In this document: piece by piece, positions 11,036 to 23,621 of the stretch
How positions within the stretch are numbered: position 1 is the stretch's first letter
Layout of the letters: each line of letters starts with the position of its first letter
Assembly: GCA_054600435.1 (NCBI GenBank)
Contig: BAAIJX010000061.1
Span: forward strand, 1-64,000
Reading direction: 5' to 3'
DNA from: Neophaeotheca triangularis
Taxonomy: Eukaryota
DNA: 64,000 bases
The notes under the pieces: generated by a model
What the model saw: the letters and a program-made list of their open reading frames with translations, nothing else
Told to the model about the DNA's origin: nothing
The model's database searches: none
Made by a program: the position numbers and the translations under genes

Positions 11036-14000
11036 ATGGCCTTCCAAAATACTGTAAGTATTTCGCATACAGCATAGGACCTGACATCTCTCATCTGACT
11101 GACCACTTTGACGACAGACACGATCATTCAGTAACCTGGGCATTACGGCCTCCACCAACTCCCACGATAAAACGGATATGGGCAGCGGCACGTTAGGTCC
11201 CAATTTTGGCAGCGCGAGTACGGTCTGGGGGTCAAGCAACATATGGAGCCATGGAGGTCTGTCGAGCAGCTTCGCATCGAGGACGGCAACTAGAGACAAT
11301 TCGCAATCCCGCGAGACAGGCTCGAACGGTCACAAGAGCAAAGGAGTAGGCTTTGAGGGAAAGACGGGTTCAGGGTCTCTCGTGGAGTCCTCAATCTCGG
11401 AAGACCCGCGTTACAAAAGCTGGCCCGGCAAACGAGGCGGCCCCTCCGCCTCGCAGACGCAGGCTTCGAACCGCTCTTCGGCCCAGCAACGCAGCGTGAA
11501 CAACGCAGGGCTCCAGCAGGTGTATCCTGGCGCAAGTCAGTCGGGTTCCAGTCGGCCTCCTACCATAAGCCTGACAACATCATCCGCTGGTCAGCAGAGG
11601 TCCACCTTCGCTTCGACGTTTGGTAACGGACTGTCCAGCCGTGGACTCGATCATCCGCCGACCGTCTACACAAAGTTCGATCGCCCAAGCGATCCGTCTT
11701 ATGGACGCGAGAAGCAGGACTCAGCCGTTCATTGGGACGATCGCCCAAAACTTCCCTCTCCTACAGAAGAAAGGAAGCCCCTGTTTTCAACGTCTTACTC
11801 GAGTCGCAACAACAGCCTCGCTGCCTCTCGTGAACCAAGTCAACCCCCATCTCGCTATGCAGACTCTGGCCTCCCTGGCTCTGACTTTACTACTAGCACC
11901 CAAGGCACGACCCCGCTCAGCTCTCGCAACCAATCCTTATCTTCCCAGCGCAACGGTGTACATTTTGGCTACGGACCGACGCATGCAGATGTTTTTGTCC
12001 CTCAATTTGGCCAGATGAGCTTGCAGGATGAGCAACGCCCATCGACTGCGCAAAAGGCTTTCAACAGTGCTCGCTGCCAGGAGCAGAGCGCTCTCTCGAA
12101 CTACGGCGGGACGTACAGCAAGTACGCTACCGATGGAATGGCTGATTCGCTTTATGATGACAGCGCTTTTGCCGACGAGACTGAAGATGTCAATCGGCCG
12201 AGCTCCACCTACACAGGCTACGGAAGTTTGGATCACTCAAAGGCGTGCTATACGCCATGCTTCCAAGACTATCCTGCACAATCCCATGCAGCGCACTTTC
12301 CAGTTCCAACAAATGGTGTTGACTGGGGGTATGGAAGGTCTCACGCGACTAGTCCGATGTCCCCCAAATCCTACGATCCTCCCTCTGGCCCAAGATCACA
12401 GTTTGGATTGCCAGCATACCAGCATGGCACTCCTCTGACAGTCTCCAAACGTGACCCAGTCGCTGTCGAGCAACACCATTACTACGACCCCCGAATGCCT
12501 TCAATGATGGCTATGCAAGCTCGCAACCCATATGCATTTTTTAACCCCTACGCTGTTCCGAATGCACTGCAGGTTAACGGGCCTCCCCCTTTCTATGGGT
12601 CAAACATGATGCCAATCAGCATGACGGGTATGGAGTTGCAGACAACATCGCGAGACGTTGCTCCGGTGGAGGCCGGCGTGCAAAGCGCACTGATGTATGA
12701 GTTCAAGACTAACAACAAGACCAACAAGCGTTACGAGCTCAAGGACATCTTCGACCATATTGCCGAGTTTAGTGGCGATCAGCACGGATCACGCCTCATT
12801 CAGCAAAAGCTGGAAACTGCCAACTCAGACGATAAGGAACGGGTGTTCCGAGAGATACAACCCAACGCCATCCAGCTCATGACTGACGTCTTCGGTAATT
12901 ACGTGATTCAAAAATTCTTCGAGCACGGCGACCAAAGCCAAAAGAAGATCCTCGCCAGCCAAATGGAGAACAAAGTTCTGAGCCTCAGCCTACAAATGTA
13001 TGGCTGCCGCGTCGTGCAAAAGGCCCTCGAACATATTCTCGTTGACCAGCAAGCCCAGCTGATTCGTGAGATTGACGGTAATGTGCTACGCTGTGTCAAA
13101 GACCAAAACGGCAACCACGTCGTACAAAAAGCCATCGAGCGTTGCCCTTCCCAAACAATCAACTTCATCATCGCCGCCTTCCAAGGCCAAGTCCAGCACT
13201 TGAGCATCCACCCCTACGGCTGCCGCGTCATCCAACGTTGTCTCGAACACTGCGACCCCCACTCCAAAGCCCTAATCATGGTCGAGCTCCATGAGAGCAT
13301 GTCCGGCATGATCGCAGACCAGTACGGCAACTACGTCGTCCAACACGTTGTTGAACACGGCGGGCCCGAAGACAAGAAACGCGTACTAAACCTCGTCTTT
13401 CGCGGTCTGGAAAGCTACAGCCGACACAAATTCGCCAGCAACGTCGTCGAAAAATGTCTCGAATGCGCTTCCCCAGAGTGGCGGAACCAGGTCCTCTACG
13501 CTTTCGTCAGCGCCAACCAGCGCCGCGAGGGCGAGGGCTTGGTCGGCATGATCAAGGATAGTTATGGCAATTACGTGATTCGTACGTGTACCTCCCTTCC
13601 CCTTCCATCAATCAGACTCCCCCGCGTTTCTACCCCTTCACCCCATTCCCACAAGCCACAAACCTCCCACTGACTTTTCATTTCCCTGAACAGAAAAGCT
13701 TCTCGACACGCTCTCGGGCCCCGACTACGCCGCCTTTTTGCAAGATCTCCAACAAGCCATGAACATGGCCAAGCGCACCGGCTGCGGCAAGCAAGTCGTC
13801 GCCATTGAGAAGAAAATGCACGAATTTAGGTATAAACTGCTTTCGCCCGCGTCGCAGTCGCAATACCCGCAATCTCAGCAACAACAGCAACAACAGCAGC
13901 ATCAAGTCCAGTCGCAACACCAGCATCGCCAACAGCTACAGCTGCAATGGCAGCACGGTCACCACCCCGGCGGCAACAGGCATGGACACGGGCAGGGCGA

Positions 14001-14349
14001 ATTACCACCAAATGGCCATGGCCAACAGCAGCGCACTCTCTGCGCCCCGCCGTTACGTTTTCAACAGCAGCAGGGTTTCGCCGGTTTCGCTGCCGAGCCC
14101 GGTGCGGTTTCTGCCGGTTTCGGCCTCGACAAAGTCCCCTCGATCAATGGCGATGCGGTCGAGGGCGCGGCTACGGGGAGTCGGAAGGGGAGTGAGGGGG
14201 GTTGCGGGTTTGGTGGGGGGAACGGGAGTGGATATGTGAATGGAAATGGTAATAGTAATGGAAATGGAAATAGAGCTGGAAATGGAGCTGGAGCTGGAGT
14301 CGGGACTGGGAGTGATGGCAGGCTCGGGGGCACAGGGTCGAGGTGTTAG
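11036..14349 (+). CDS. PUF3: Pumilio-family (Puf3-like) RNA-binding protein; exons 11036-11053, 11118-13581, 13694-14349
   Basis: Eight PUF repeats (DQHGSRLIQQKLE, DVFGNYVIQKFFE, QMYGCRVVQKALE, DQNGNHVVQKAIE, HPYGCRVIQRCLE, DQYGNYVVQHVVE, HKFASNVVEKCLE, DSYGNYVIQKLLD). Both introns have canonical signals and restore the frame. Confidence 0.92.
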
Positions 14350-16026
14350 TGGTTCCTTCACTTTAGTTTGGTCTCGTGGAGGCTGGGGCTCATTGGGGAC
14401 TGGGTTTCGGGTTTCTCTCGCGCTTGCAGCTCTTTCTTAGGTGGAGGGTTCGGGTTTTCGGCTTTTGGGTTCCCAGGAGGAAGGCCAGGGCGAAGGAAGC
14501 TGCATTGGAAGGTTTACGAACATGAATACTTACTGACGAGGGATGCATTCCTAACGAAAGGGGCAAAGGGGCAAGGGGAAGAGCCGGGAGCAAAGCGGGA
14601 ACATGTTTCGGGTCTTCTTTCTTTCCCATGATTGGTTCGGCTCGGGACAACAGCCACACGGTCTGCTTCGGTTTTTAATTGGGGGCTTTTTTTTCATATT
14701 TTGAGGGGTTTTGCATGCTGTGTTGCTTGCGCGCGAAATATCGGACTAGGACTACGAGGTGATCGAGCGGTTTTGGTTGGGTTTGCTTGGTTGGACCGGT
14801 CATTGATGTCACGATGGGTTTCAAGGCTCCACCAGCGGGTTTTTGGTTTTTCTTGTCGTGGTTACGGCTACGGTTTATATAGATACCCCTTTTTTTTTTC
14901 CTTTCTTCTTTTTCACTTTATCGTTCTCTTGTTCCAGCTAGGGTGGATGGAATGGATGCATCGATGGACGGGTAGATGCGTTAGGGATAGCTGGACGAAT
15001 GGATGGATGAACAGGAGCTTCTGGGTCGGGGCTCAGCTTGCGATGGCCAACTTCTTTGCATTGAATGCACGAGTCCCGGCTCGGTTTCGTGGGTTTGGTT
15101 ATATAGCTTGGCTGGCTGCGAACACGCGGTTGATATCTTTCAAGCACGAGGCAGCGGAGCGCAGTTGTAGCGATTCGTAATGGAAGTTCTCTGGACTCTG
15201 ATTTGCCAGTTTGAATATATACATTTTTTGAGAAGGAGGTTCTTGTGGGTTTTCATGTTGGTTGGCTGGTCGGTCGCGGACGTCTCGTGTGGTTTCAAGT
15301 GTCTGCTCCCCAGGCGATTGAGGAAACGCTCTCCTTTGCTTTCTGGTTTTTTGATTTCTTGTTTTTTTATTTGGGCGGAAAGTGACATTCCCCTGGTCTC
15401 TGGCTGCGAAGTGAAGTGGACGGGCTGCGTACTGTGGGAAGACCGCTGCTTTTCGCGTCTGGGAAATCTTGATGTAGATAGAGAGCTAGAATCTCTTCCT
15501 CTTTCTAACTCGTTGGCAAAGGAGAAACGCTCATGGCTCCTGCCCCTCCCCAAACTACACGCTGTTGCCTTTCGGGGAAATGTGTCAGTCAAGTCGCGCC
15601 CTGTCTTTGTCGATCATGGCCCTTTCATTCCCTGGTCGATCGATGCTAGCGTAGGGGTATTGGCTAGCTGCGGGTACCGGTGCCGTTTAATGGATAAGGA
15701 GGACTGGAACGGGGAATCCAGCTTGGAGATGTGCTTGACTTTTCATAGGAGGGCCGTCGAATGGTAAGCCCGATGGGGCGGCAAGGGGGGTTTGTTCTAG
15801 AGGCTGCTCCTAAGCGGCCAAATCAGACATTACTAAAGTACTGTATATGCTGGAGAGTCTGCGCATTTGTAGCACGGGGTGCGAGAACTGCCAGCAAGAT
15901 GCATCACTCTCCCGATCCGCCAAAAAGAAATCAAGAAATCAAACCCCAGACGCCTCGCTAAACCCAAGCACGACCTATGCACTCCCTTCTTCCCACCTGA
16001 ACCCTCTCCCTTCCACTCTACCAACC

Positions 16027-16570
16027 TCACAGCTCCCCCGCTGCAACCCCAGCAGCGGCCTCCCGCCCCTCCGCCGCCGTCTCGACAGCTTTCGCCGCCC
16101 AAGCCGTAACCTCCTCCCCCAACCCGCCCGTCCCTTTCACAGCAGCCACAGCGCCCTGGCTAACACTGCTCAAAACCCCCGTCTCCGCGTCCCCAGCATA
16201 ATAGTAAAAAGCCCTCTTTGCAATCGTCGAGACGTGCTCGGGCAAGTACAGCGACGTGGCTATCAGCACCATGGAGAGGAAGAGGAAGAGTATGGAATCT
16301 ACGAAGACGACAAACAACACATCTCTCCGGTCAGCATCATGAGAGCGCCGTGGTTTGGGAATTTGTGTGCAGGTGGAGGGGGAGCAACGCACTGAAGATG
16401 AATCGCTCCGTCGGCGTTAGCATGTATAGGGCGAAAGTGACTTCGTATTGGTATTTTTTCTTTTGCGCCCATCGGATTAGTCGCGTGGGGTGGATTAGGA
16501 GCGAGGACATGGCGAGGAGGAAGATGCCGATTATAGCGGCGTAGGTTTGGGAGGTCGTGTCGTTCAGCAT
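16027..16570 (-). CDS. Serine palmitoyltransferase small regulatory subunit (SPTss-like); intron 16299-16392; start uncertain (16699, 16570 or 16510)
   Basis: The spliced frame RWAQKKKYQYEVTFALYMLTPTERFIF-N-SILFLFLSMVLIATSLYLPEH matches the SPT_ssu motif YQY..T..LYML.P.E..IFNS. Intron GTGCGT...CTGAC...TAG. Confidence 0.85.
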
Positions 16571-16956
16571 TGTGAGGGGGTTTGGAGTGGTGGTGGTGGT
16601 GGTGTTGGAGGAGGCGGGCGCGACTGGATGGGGGATGTGCGTTGCTGTGGGTGTGATTCTTGAGGCTCTTTCGGGCTGTTTGGCGGTGGTTTGGCCCATG
16701 CAGTTGTGGTGGTGTTTTGGGTTGGCGATTTGGGATTATTTTATTGAATTGGATAGGAGGTTTGCGACATGACTTGTTGTTGATTGCGATTAAGGTAATC
16801 TCCGCTTCTTACCGTCGTCAGGGTCTCTCGTTCGACCCGGTCAAACTCAAACGTCTTCCGAGTAGCCGTATCCGTGTCCATATCCGATACCTATCGCCAA
16901 CTTCGCTTCGCTACATCTCTCTTCAAATCGGCAATACAATGTAAAACCCTTCCAAA

Positions 16957-17544
16957 ATGCTGCTATCTAAATGCTTCCGCCAAGCAGCCCCCCACCAACC
17001 CCCCAACATCCTCCGCTCCCTCACAACCACCTCCCCCTTCTTCAAACACCAAAACCTCCCACCTCGCCCTACAGTCTCGGAAGACAGCATCACCGAATCC
17101 TTCCTCAAAGGCACCGGCCCCGGCGGGCAGAAAATCAACAAGACCTCCTCGGCCGTGCAACTCAAACACTTGCCCACGGGCCTGGTCGTCAAGAGCCAGG
17201 AAACTCGCAGTCGCTCACAGAACCGGAAGATTGCGCGGCAGGTGCTGGCGGAGAGGTTGGAGGTGCTAGAGAAGGGCGAGGGCAGTCGAACGGCGCTTAA
17301 GGCTGAGAGAGCGAAGGGAAAGAAGGCTAGTGCTATCAAGAAGAGTCGGAGGAAGTATCGGAAGCTTGCTGAGGGGAAGGAGGGGGAGGGAGCGGAGGAG
17401 GGGGAAGAGGATGGGGAGCAGGGTCAGGGTGCGGAGGCGGATGCTGAGGCTTCGTCGGATGAAAGAAGTGCGGCTGGTGAGACGGGAAAGGTCTCTGAGC
17501 CGAAGGAGGCGCCAACTCCACGATCGGAACGCGACCCCCCGTAA
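16957..17544 (+). CDS. Mitochondrial class-1 release-factor-like protein (C12orf65/mtRF-R type)
   Basis: GTGPGGQKINKTSSAVQLKHLPTGLVVKSQETRSRSQNRKIAR is the RF-1 GGQ domain; there is a presequence-like N-terminus and a basic tail. Confidence 0.9.
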   Translation: MLLSKCFRQAAPHQPPNILRSLTTTSPFFKHQNLPPRPTVSEDSITESFLKGTGPGGQKINKTSSAVQLKHLPTGLVVKSQETRSRSQNRKIARQVLAERLEVLEKGEGSRTALKAERAKGKKASAIKKSRRKYRKLAEGKEGEGAEEGEEDGEQGQGAEADAEASSDERSAAGETGKVSEPKEAPTPRSERDPP

Positions 17545-18967
17545 GAGCCAGCTTGGGAGATGGGCTGAAAAGATTTGGTGAGCGCCAAGAATCTCTGCGC
17601 CTCACTGGCTTCTCAAGTGAAGGACACTCAGAGCCCCGTTCGAACTATGATCTGAACACGTCTAAGATGTGGGCAGAGCGAGGGTCTAATCCATCTCCTG
17701 AGATCGGTCCCGCTTCCAGGATGCAGCAGCGACCACGGGAATTGACGCGAAATAGTGCGAGGATGATGACACGGCCACGCCCAAGTCATCATTCGCGCAC
17801 TGTTTTGCTATTGCACGCATGCCAGAGGCCGAGATACTATGCTCGTACCAATAAACGAGCGTCTCCTCGGCACCTTGCCTGGGCATGCAGAATACGCAGA
17901 GAGCACTAGCTACTTACGCGACGACACATCTACCCAACGACTTTCGCAAAATTCAACAAGACGGCAAAGAAAGGGGCAAGCCTCGATATGACAGCACTTT
18001 ACTCGGCATTAAACGTCGCAACTCCCCACTGCTCAGCAGCACTTCGACGCGATATTGGAATGCAAAGTCCGCAATCTCAGCTCACACACATAAACGACTC
18101 ATCCCGCGCCTCCACGACCGCGCAAACCCACTCGACAATACTCTTAGCTAATCCCTTCAGCCATGAGCAAACAACTCCGCAGAAGCGAGCGAGGCCACCT
18201 CAAACGCCGCGAAGCAACAGCAGCAGAACTATCGGAACTGAAACAAGGCATGCAAAGACTCAACGAGGGCATCGCGGAGCTGAAAACCGCACTGCTTGAG
18301 AAGGAATAGCGAAACTCGAGCGCCAGCTGAAAGACCTCGCCGACGATGAAACGCAAGTGGAATCGAACGCGAACTGATGGAACTCAAATAAATGCTTCCG
18401 TATATTAGGGCGCAAGTCACGCGGATCTCTGGAATCAGGACTCCAAACTCCTAGAGTTCGAAGCGCGGGTTGCAGAGATGGGGAGTGATCTCGCCGCGAT
18501 AAAGGGTCGGACGAGTTGTTAGGAGAGATTTTGGGAACAGAGTTGACTGGGAAAGGCGCGGGTTGATGCATGCCTGGGGCCGCTCCGGGTGTTTGGGTTC
18601 TCGGGAGGTTTTGGCTGGGTTTGTTGGCTGGTTGGTTTGGTGAAATGAGGCGCCGTGATGGCGGGGTCCTGCCTCGATCCGCTGGATCTGACGCTCACTC
18701 CGCGGAAATGGAACGTGGTACAGTCGTTGCCGTGCGGAGGAGCTGTCGTGTCGGTTGCGTGTAGGTTTTGGCAGAGGGGTGGGAGATACTAGATAGGCCT
18801 TCCGGAAGTGAGTTGGAGATACGAGATTCGAATGGGACTTCGATCAACGGAGGAGATAAGAAGGGACTTTGATCGTGATATGAATCTTACAAACCGCTTC
18901 GTGACCAAAATTACCGAACTTAGTAGAAAACATTACCACATCCATCCCGACACTACCCCTTTCCCCC

Positions 18968-19830
18968 TTAAACATCCACATGATCAGTCGAAGTCCCATT
19001 AACCTCTTCCGTCCCGGGCTCCTGCTTTATCTGCGTCTGGGTCAAATCAGCCTCCGTCTCATCCTCCCCACTACTCCCCTGCTGCCTCCCCTCCTCCTTC
19101 CTAACACTCTTCTGGTGCTCCCCTTCCTCAAAAACCGGCACGACACTCTCACTCCGCGCATCAGGAATAGTATCCCCCTCAAAATGCCACTGCTGCACAC
19201 ACAGAATAATATCCACAGCCAGCTGCCCATTCTTGCGCAAAGCCTTGTCCCAATGCGGCGGCATACCCTCCCCGAGCACCAGCATGCGCGCAATGCTCTG
19301 CACCAACAACTGCCTCAGCGGGCTCTCCGGCTCCGTATTGGCGTACACATACTGCACCCTGCGCAGTCCAGGCCAGGTATCCGTATCATGATAGAATTTA
19401 CGCACTTGCTCGAGGACGTCGAGTTTCAGTTGCCGGATTTCCCACTTCTCGCCCATCAGGTAGAGGTCGAAGAGTCTGCCCAGGTCGGCTTCTTCGCTGG
19501 CGGGCGGGACGTGCGAGCTGTAGAGCCAGCCTACGAAGAGTCGGAAGGGCTCGTCGTCGTCGTCTGGGAGGCCGTAGGTGGAGGTTTTGCGCGAGGGGGT
19601 TTTGTTCTTGTTTTGGCTGGTGTTGCCGTAGAAAATTTGGCGGAAGTGCTTGCTGCGGTGGCAGAGCAGCTTTTCGTGGAGGATCCAGTGCGTGTTTTCT
19701 GGGCCGACGTAGATGTCGACCATGTCGCGGGAGAGGAGCCTACGGAGGGGATTGTTAGTGGTTGCATTTGGGGCTCTTGGGGGGTGAGAGAGACGTACTC
19801 GTGGAGCGGGCGTTCTCTGTCGCCGGCCAT
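18968..19830 (-). CDS. BTB/POZ-domain protein; exons 19830-19799, 19739-18968
   Basis: MVDIYVG....WILHEKLLCHRSKHF...LPDDDDEPFRLFVGWLY...LYLMGEKW is a fungal BTB pattern; 59-nt intron GTACGT...CTAAC...TAG. Confidence 0.85.
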
Positions 19831-20275
19831 TTTGGATGTGGGTTTGCTAGGGAGGGAGGGAGGGAGTGGTTGGGTGGTTGTGGACAACAGAGCTACGCGA
19901 TGCCGTTGCTCAAGTCTTGAGATGTTTTGCTGAGAAATGGAGCAATGGCAGAACCGAGGAAATAATGTACGGTGCAGGTGACGATCAACGAGCGACGGGG
20001 AAGCAGCTCTTGTAGATCAGTGTTGTTCTAGGTAAGGGGGCTGGGCTGGAGAGTCGAGACGATGGAGATGACCATTGACGGCCGGGGAGTGGAGAGCTTC
20101 CAAGCAGCTCGAAGCACATGACGTTGCATGCCGTGTCTGGCGCTAATGCACCCACTTCCTTGGTTTGAAAGTCTGGCCCACGTGCCTCAAGACCTCACCT
20201 CCTCGGGAACCGCTTTCCTGTCAAGGGTCAGAGTTGGGGTAGTCTGCTACACATCTACGATTGTGCTCGGTATAG

Positions 20276-22096
20276 ATGAAAGCCATTGCGCTGTGTCGGA
20301 ATGCTTCGCGGCGGCTTAGGCCTGATAGATTGTGTGAGCCTTGTTTAGTTTGGAAGAAACAGCAGTGCACCCACCAAGCACCCCAAATCACCCACATTTC
20401 TCATCAAAAAGTTTCTGCTGGTACGCCAATATACCATGCAAGGCACTTCAACACCGTCTCGAACAATGCTACACCGGCCGAGCCGACCATCTACGCCCTC
20501 AGCTCAGCACCAGGCCGAGCCGCCATAGCCGTCATCAGAGTCTCCGGCCCAGACAGTCTCACCGTCTACCACACCCTATGCCCAACCCAACCACCCCCAA
20601 AACCTCGATACGCCACGGTCCGCACCCTCTACACCCCCAACCGCCCTCAAACCCCCGAGAATATCCTCGACACTAGCGCTCTCCTTCTCTACTTCCCAGC
20701 CCCTCACACAGCAACCGGCGAAGCAATCCTCGAACTGCACGTCCACGGAGGCCTTGCCACTGTTCGAGCCGTACTAGCCGCCATCCCCCTCAGCTGCCCG
20801 AGCATCCGCTACGCCGAACCGGGCGAGTTCACACGACGAGCCTTCCTCAACGACCGCCTCGATCTCACCCAAGTCGAAGCCCTAGGAGACACCCTAGCAG
20901 CCACGACGGAGCAACAGCGCCTCCTCTCCGTCCGTGGGACGACAAACTCGCTCGCCCAAACATACGAGACCTGGCGACAGCAACTGCTCTACGCGCGCGG
21001 TGAGCTGGAAGCTCTCATCGATTTCAGCGAGGACCAGCATTTCGACGAGAGCCCTGGGGAGCTCTGCGCGAGCGTCGCCGAGCAGGTGCGGGTTCTGAAG
21101 CGGGTTCTGGAAGTTCATGTTGGTAACGCGGTTAGAGGGGAGTTGTTAAGGAATGGAATCGCGCTATCGTTTCTCGGCGCGCCGAATGTGGGTAAGAGTT
21201 CGTTGTTGAATCGTATTGTTGGGAGGGAGGCGGCAATTGTGAGTCAGGAAGCAGGGACTACGAGGGACGTGGTTGAGGTCGGGCTGGATTTGGGAGGGTA
21301 TTTTTGCCGGTTGGGGGATACGGCGGGGTTGCGGAAGGCAAAGGAGGCAGCGGAAGATGGCGTCGTGGCTGCGGAGATTATCGGGCAGATTGAGAAGGAA
21401 GGGATGCGGCGAGCCAGGGAGCGAGCGGCCGAAAGCGACGTCGTGGTTGTGGTGTTGAGTTTCGAAGACGTCGGCGATACCATTGCTCTAAACCTCGACC
21501 CTGAAGTCCTCGCCACAGCCCGCGGGCTGATCGCAGAAAAGAACAACGTTCTAATCGCCATCAACAAAACGGACCGGCTCGCCCATAACCCGGCCGCCAT
21601 CTCCCACGCTATCGACGAAACCCTCGAAACCCTCACAGCCCTATCCCGCAACCGCATCCACCTCATCTCCTGCCAACCGGCCTCCCCAAACCCCGACCCT
21701 AACCCCACAAACCCCGTCCCCTCAGATCCCAGCGGCATCCAACCCTTCCTGCACGCCCTAACAACCCACTTCGCCGCCCTCACAACCCCGGAGACCCCTT
21801 CCCCATCCTCCGCGCCCGATCCCTCCCTATACCACGCCTCCTTAGGCGCTTCCGAACGCCACCGCCTCCTCCTCTCTCAAACCATCGCCGCTCTCGAGGA
21901 CTTCCTCGCCGAAGTCGCCACAACCCACCCACAAGATGGGGACGAAGGGGTTGAGGAGGCGGATATCGTGCTCGCGGCGGAGTTCCTGAGGGCTGCCGCC
22001 GAGTGTCTGGCGAAGATCACTGGTAAGGGGGTTGGGAGCGGGGATGTGGAGGAGGTGTTGGGGGTGGTGTTTGAGAAATTTTGTGTGGGGAAGTGA
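20276..22096 (+). CDS. MSS1: Mitochondrial tRNA modification GTPase MnmE/GTPBP3
   Basis: TIYALSSAPGRAAIAVIRVSG, AEPGEFTRRAFLN, G1 GAPNVGKS, G2 GTTRD, G3 DTAG, G4 NKTD and C-terminal FCVGK. Confidence 0.95.
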   Translation: MKAIALCRNASRRLRPDRLCEPCLVWKKQQCTHQAPQITHISHQKVSAGTPIYHARHFNTVSNNATPAEPTIYALSSAPGRAAIAVIRVSGPDSLTVYHTLCPTQPPPKPRYATVRTLYTPNRPQTPENILDTSALLLYFPAPHTATGEAILELHVHGGLATVRAVLAAIPLSCPSIRYAEPGEFTRRAFLNDRLDLTQVEALGDTLAATTEQQRLLSVRGTTNSLAQTYETWRQQLLYARGELEALIDFSEDQHFDESPGELCASVAEQVRVLKRVLEVHVGNAVRGELLRNGIALSFLGAPNVGKSSLLNRIVGREAAIVSQEAGTTRDVVEVGLDLGGYFCRLGDTAGLRKAKEAAEDGVVAAEIIGQIEKEGMRRARERAAESDVVVVVLSFEDVGDTIALNLDPEVLATARGLIAEKNNVLIAINKTDRLAHNPAAISHAIDETLETLTALSRNRIHLISCQPASPNPDPNPTNPVPSDPSGIQPFLHALTTHFAALTTPETPSPSSAPDPSLYHASLGASERHRLLLSQTIAALEDFLAEVATTHPQDGDEGVEEADIVLAAEFLRAAAECLAKITGKGVGSGDVEEVLGVVFEKFCVGK

Positions 22097-23041
22097 GGGT
22101 CGGGAGCAAGGTGGATTGTGGTGGGTTTTGTGAGGTTTGAGGGAAGTCTGGGAGGAGGAGGTTAGGAGGTTTGAGGAGTACTTCCTCGCATTTTTTGGAT
22201 GGGCGGGATTTTGATAGTGTGAAATTCAATTGTCCTAGCAGATCGGGAAGGTTGTGCTGTATCTTGTAGTAGAAAGTGTACAAATGCTAAGCAAGCAAGC
22301 GACCCGCGCAGCTTTCGAGGCATCCGATATTTCCGCTCCTCTGGCTACCACGCCCTCACTAAAAACTCCAGATCCAATCCCATCCCATGCCTCCTGACCC
22401 CCATACCAATGCTCCTAAACAAACTCTACCAAGATAAATACAAGAACATGATGCCCAGTACAGACAAGAACGCCCAAACTATGCAATTGCCAACCCGTTG
22501 CCAACCCATACCCGTTTCCGATGCAATGTAATCAGACCTATGACCCAGAAAGCAAGTAAAACAGAACAAAAACGCTTATCAAAACTCCGATAGATGCTGG
22601 CGTTTACCCGCTATGCTTCTCGAGGAATGGTTGAGTCGTTGCAAAAACCCGTAGAAATCGGCGGTTAAGCGCTGGATTCTTGGGAAGAACTCCGGGGAAA
22701 TGCTGCGTGGGGCCGTTGTGTCGCTATGGTTTTCTTTAAAAGAGCGTTTTTTCTGAAAGTGCTGATGCCGGCCTGCCAATGCCTGTTTCGGGAGTGCTCG
22801 ATTGATATTGGGTGCTGTGGAAATGTTGGGGGTCGCTGTAGTCGAGGAGAGAGGAAAAGAGGAACAGCGCCGAGAGAGGAAAGAAGACGGAGCAAAGTAA
22901 GTAGGGAAGACAAGAAAGAGGTACCAGAGTTTTCTCGGCATGAAACCAGCTTCCACGGTCCTCTCGCATCTGATCTTGTTGTCCATTGCCTGCAACGGTA
23001 TAGTAAATCGAAAGATAGAAAGCAGGGAGAAGGCTTGTGAT

Positions 23042-23169
23042 TCATTGGAGGGGAGAGTTGTAGCCGCTGAGAAGGCATTGTTAGCCCACTGTCATCCGAG
23101 AGGCACGAGGAATGTAGAGAGGAGTGGAGCTTACCCTCTTCCATCGTCGTTGCCGCCTTGGGAGCTCAT
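23042..23169 (-). CDS. Putative spliced micropeptide MSSQGGNDDGRGGYNSPLQ (19 aa); exons 23169-23135, 23066-23042
   Basis: Canonical 68-nt intron (GTAAGC...GCTAAC...CAG), A at -3 of the ATG, and the GRGGYN motif shared with the upstream sORF. Confidence 0.6.
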
Positions 23170-23300
23170 AGTTGGGAAGTTTTGTGGTGTGCCAGTTGTC
23201 CAGCTCGGAGAGGAGAAGCAATGGGGTGTATAGCGATAATGATCCACTCGGGCTGCTGTTGTCTCTGAGGCGCGAGGAAACTGATGAAGGTCGGACTGAT

Positions 23301-23324
23301 TTAGTTGTAGCCGCCGCGACCCAT
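23301..23324 (-). CDS. Putative micropeptide MGRGGYN (7 aa)
   Basis: GCA ATG GGT CGC GGC GGC TAC AAC TAA; the first ATG downstream of the TATA box, in good Kozak context. Confidence 0.55.
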   Translation of the reverse strand: MGRGGYN

Positions 23325-23621
23325 TGCCGGAAAAGATTTAATAGGAGATAGGGAAGAAGAAACAGCGAGTCCGGTCTTGCTTTTCCGTGAAGGACAGCAA
23401 GGAACTAGGAAAGTGGAATTGTCTTCGACAACAACGAAATGCTAGTAAAGATTCCGATAATTTGAAGAGTCGTTTGGAAGTGATTGTGCGTCAACAATAA
23501 GGAGAAGAGACCAAAGAAAAAGTCGCTGACTTGTCTTTCCAGCTTGTTGTAGTAGTAGTCGAAGTCGGTGTTGTATTGATACAAATGATGGCGAGCAGAG
23601 AGTAGACTCGGGGTCGAATCC

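Noticed and set aside
15140..15767. Opposing 150-aa and 195-aa ORFs between convergent genes
   Set aside because: They lie in a 3' UTR/terminator region with no domain evidence.
22579..23144. 77-159 aa ORFs downstream of the GRGGYN sORFs as a 'main' CDS
   Set aside because: No recognisable motif, they run through T/C-rich UTR-like sequence, and no third GRGGYN copy was found. Cannot be fully excluded without homology data.
23608..23621. GGGTCGAATCC, resembling a tRNA T-loop/B-box
   Set aside because: It mismatches GTTCRA and no cloverleaf stems or A-box can be built around it.
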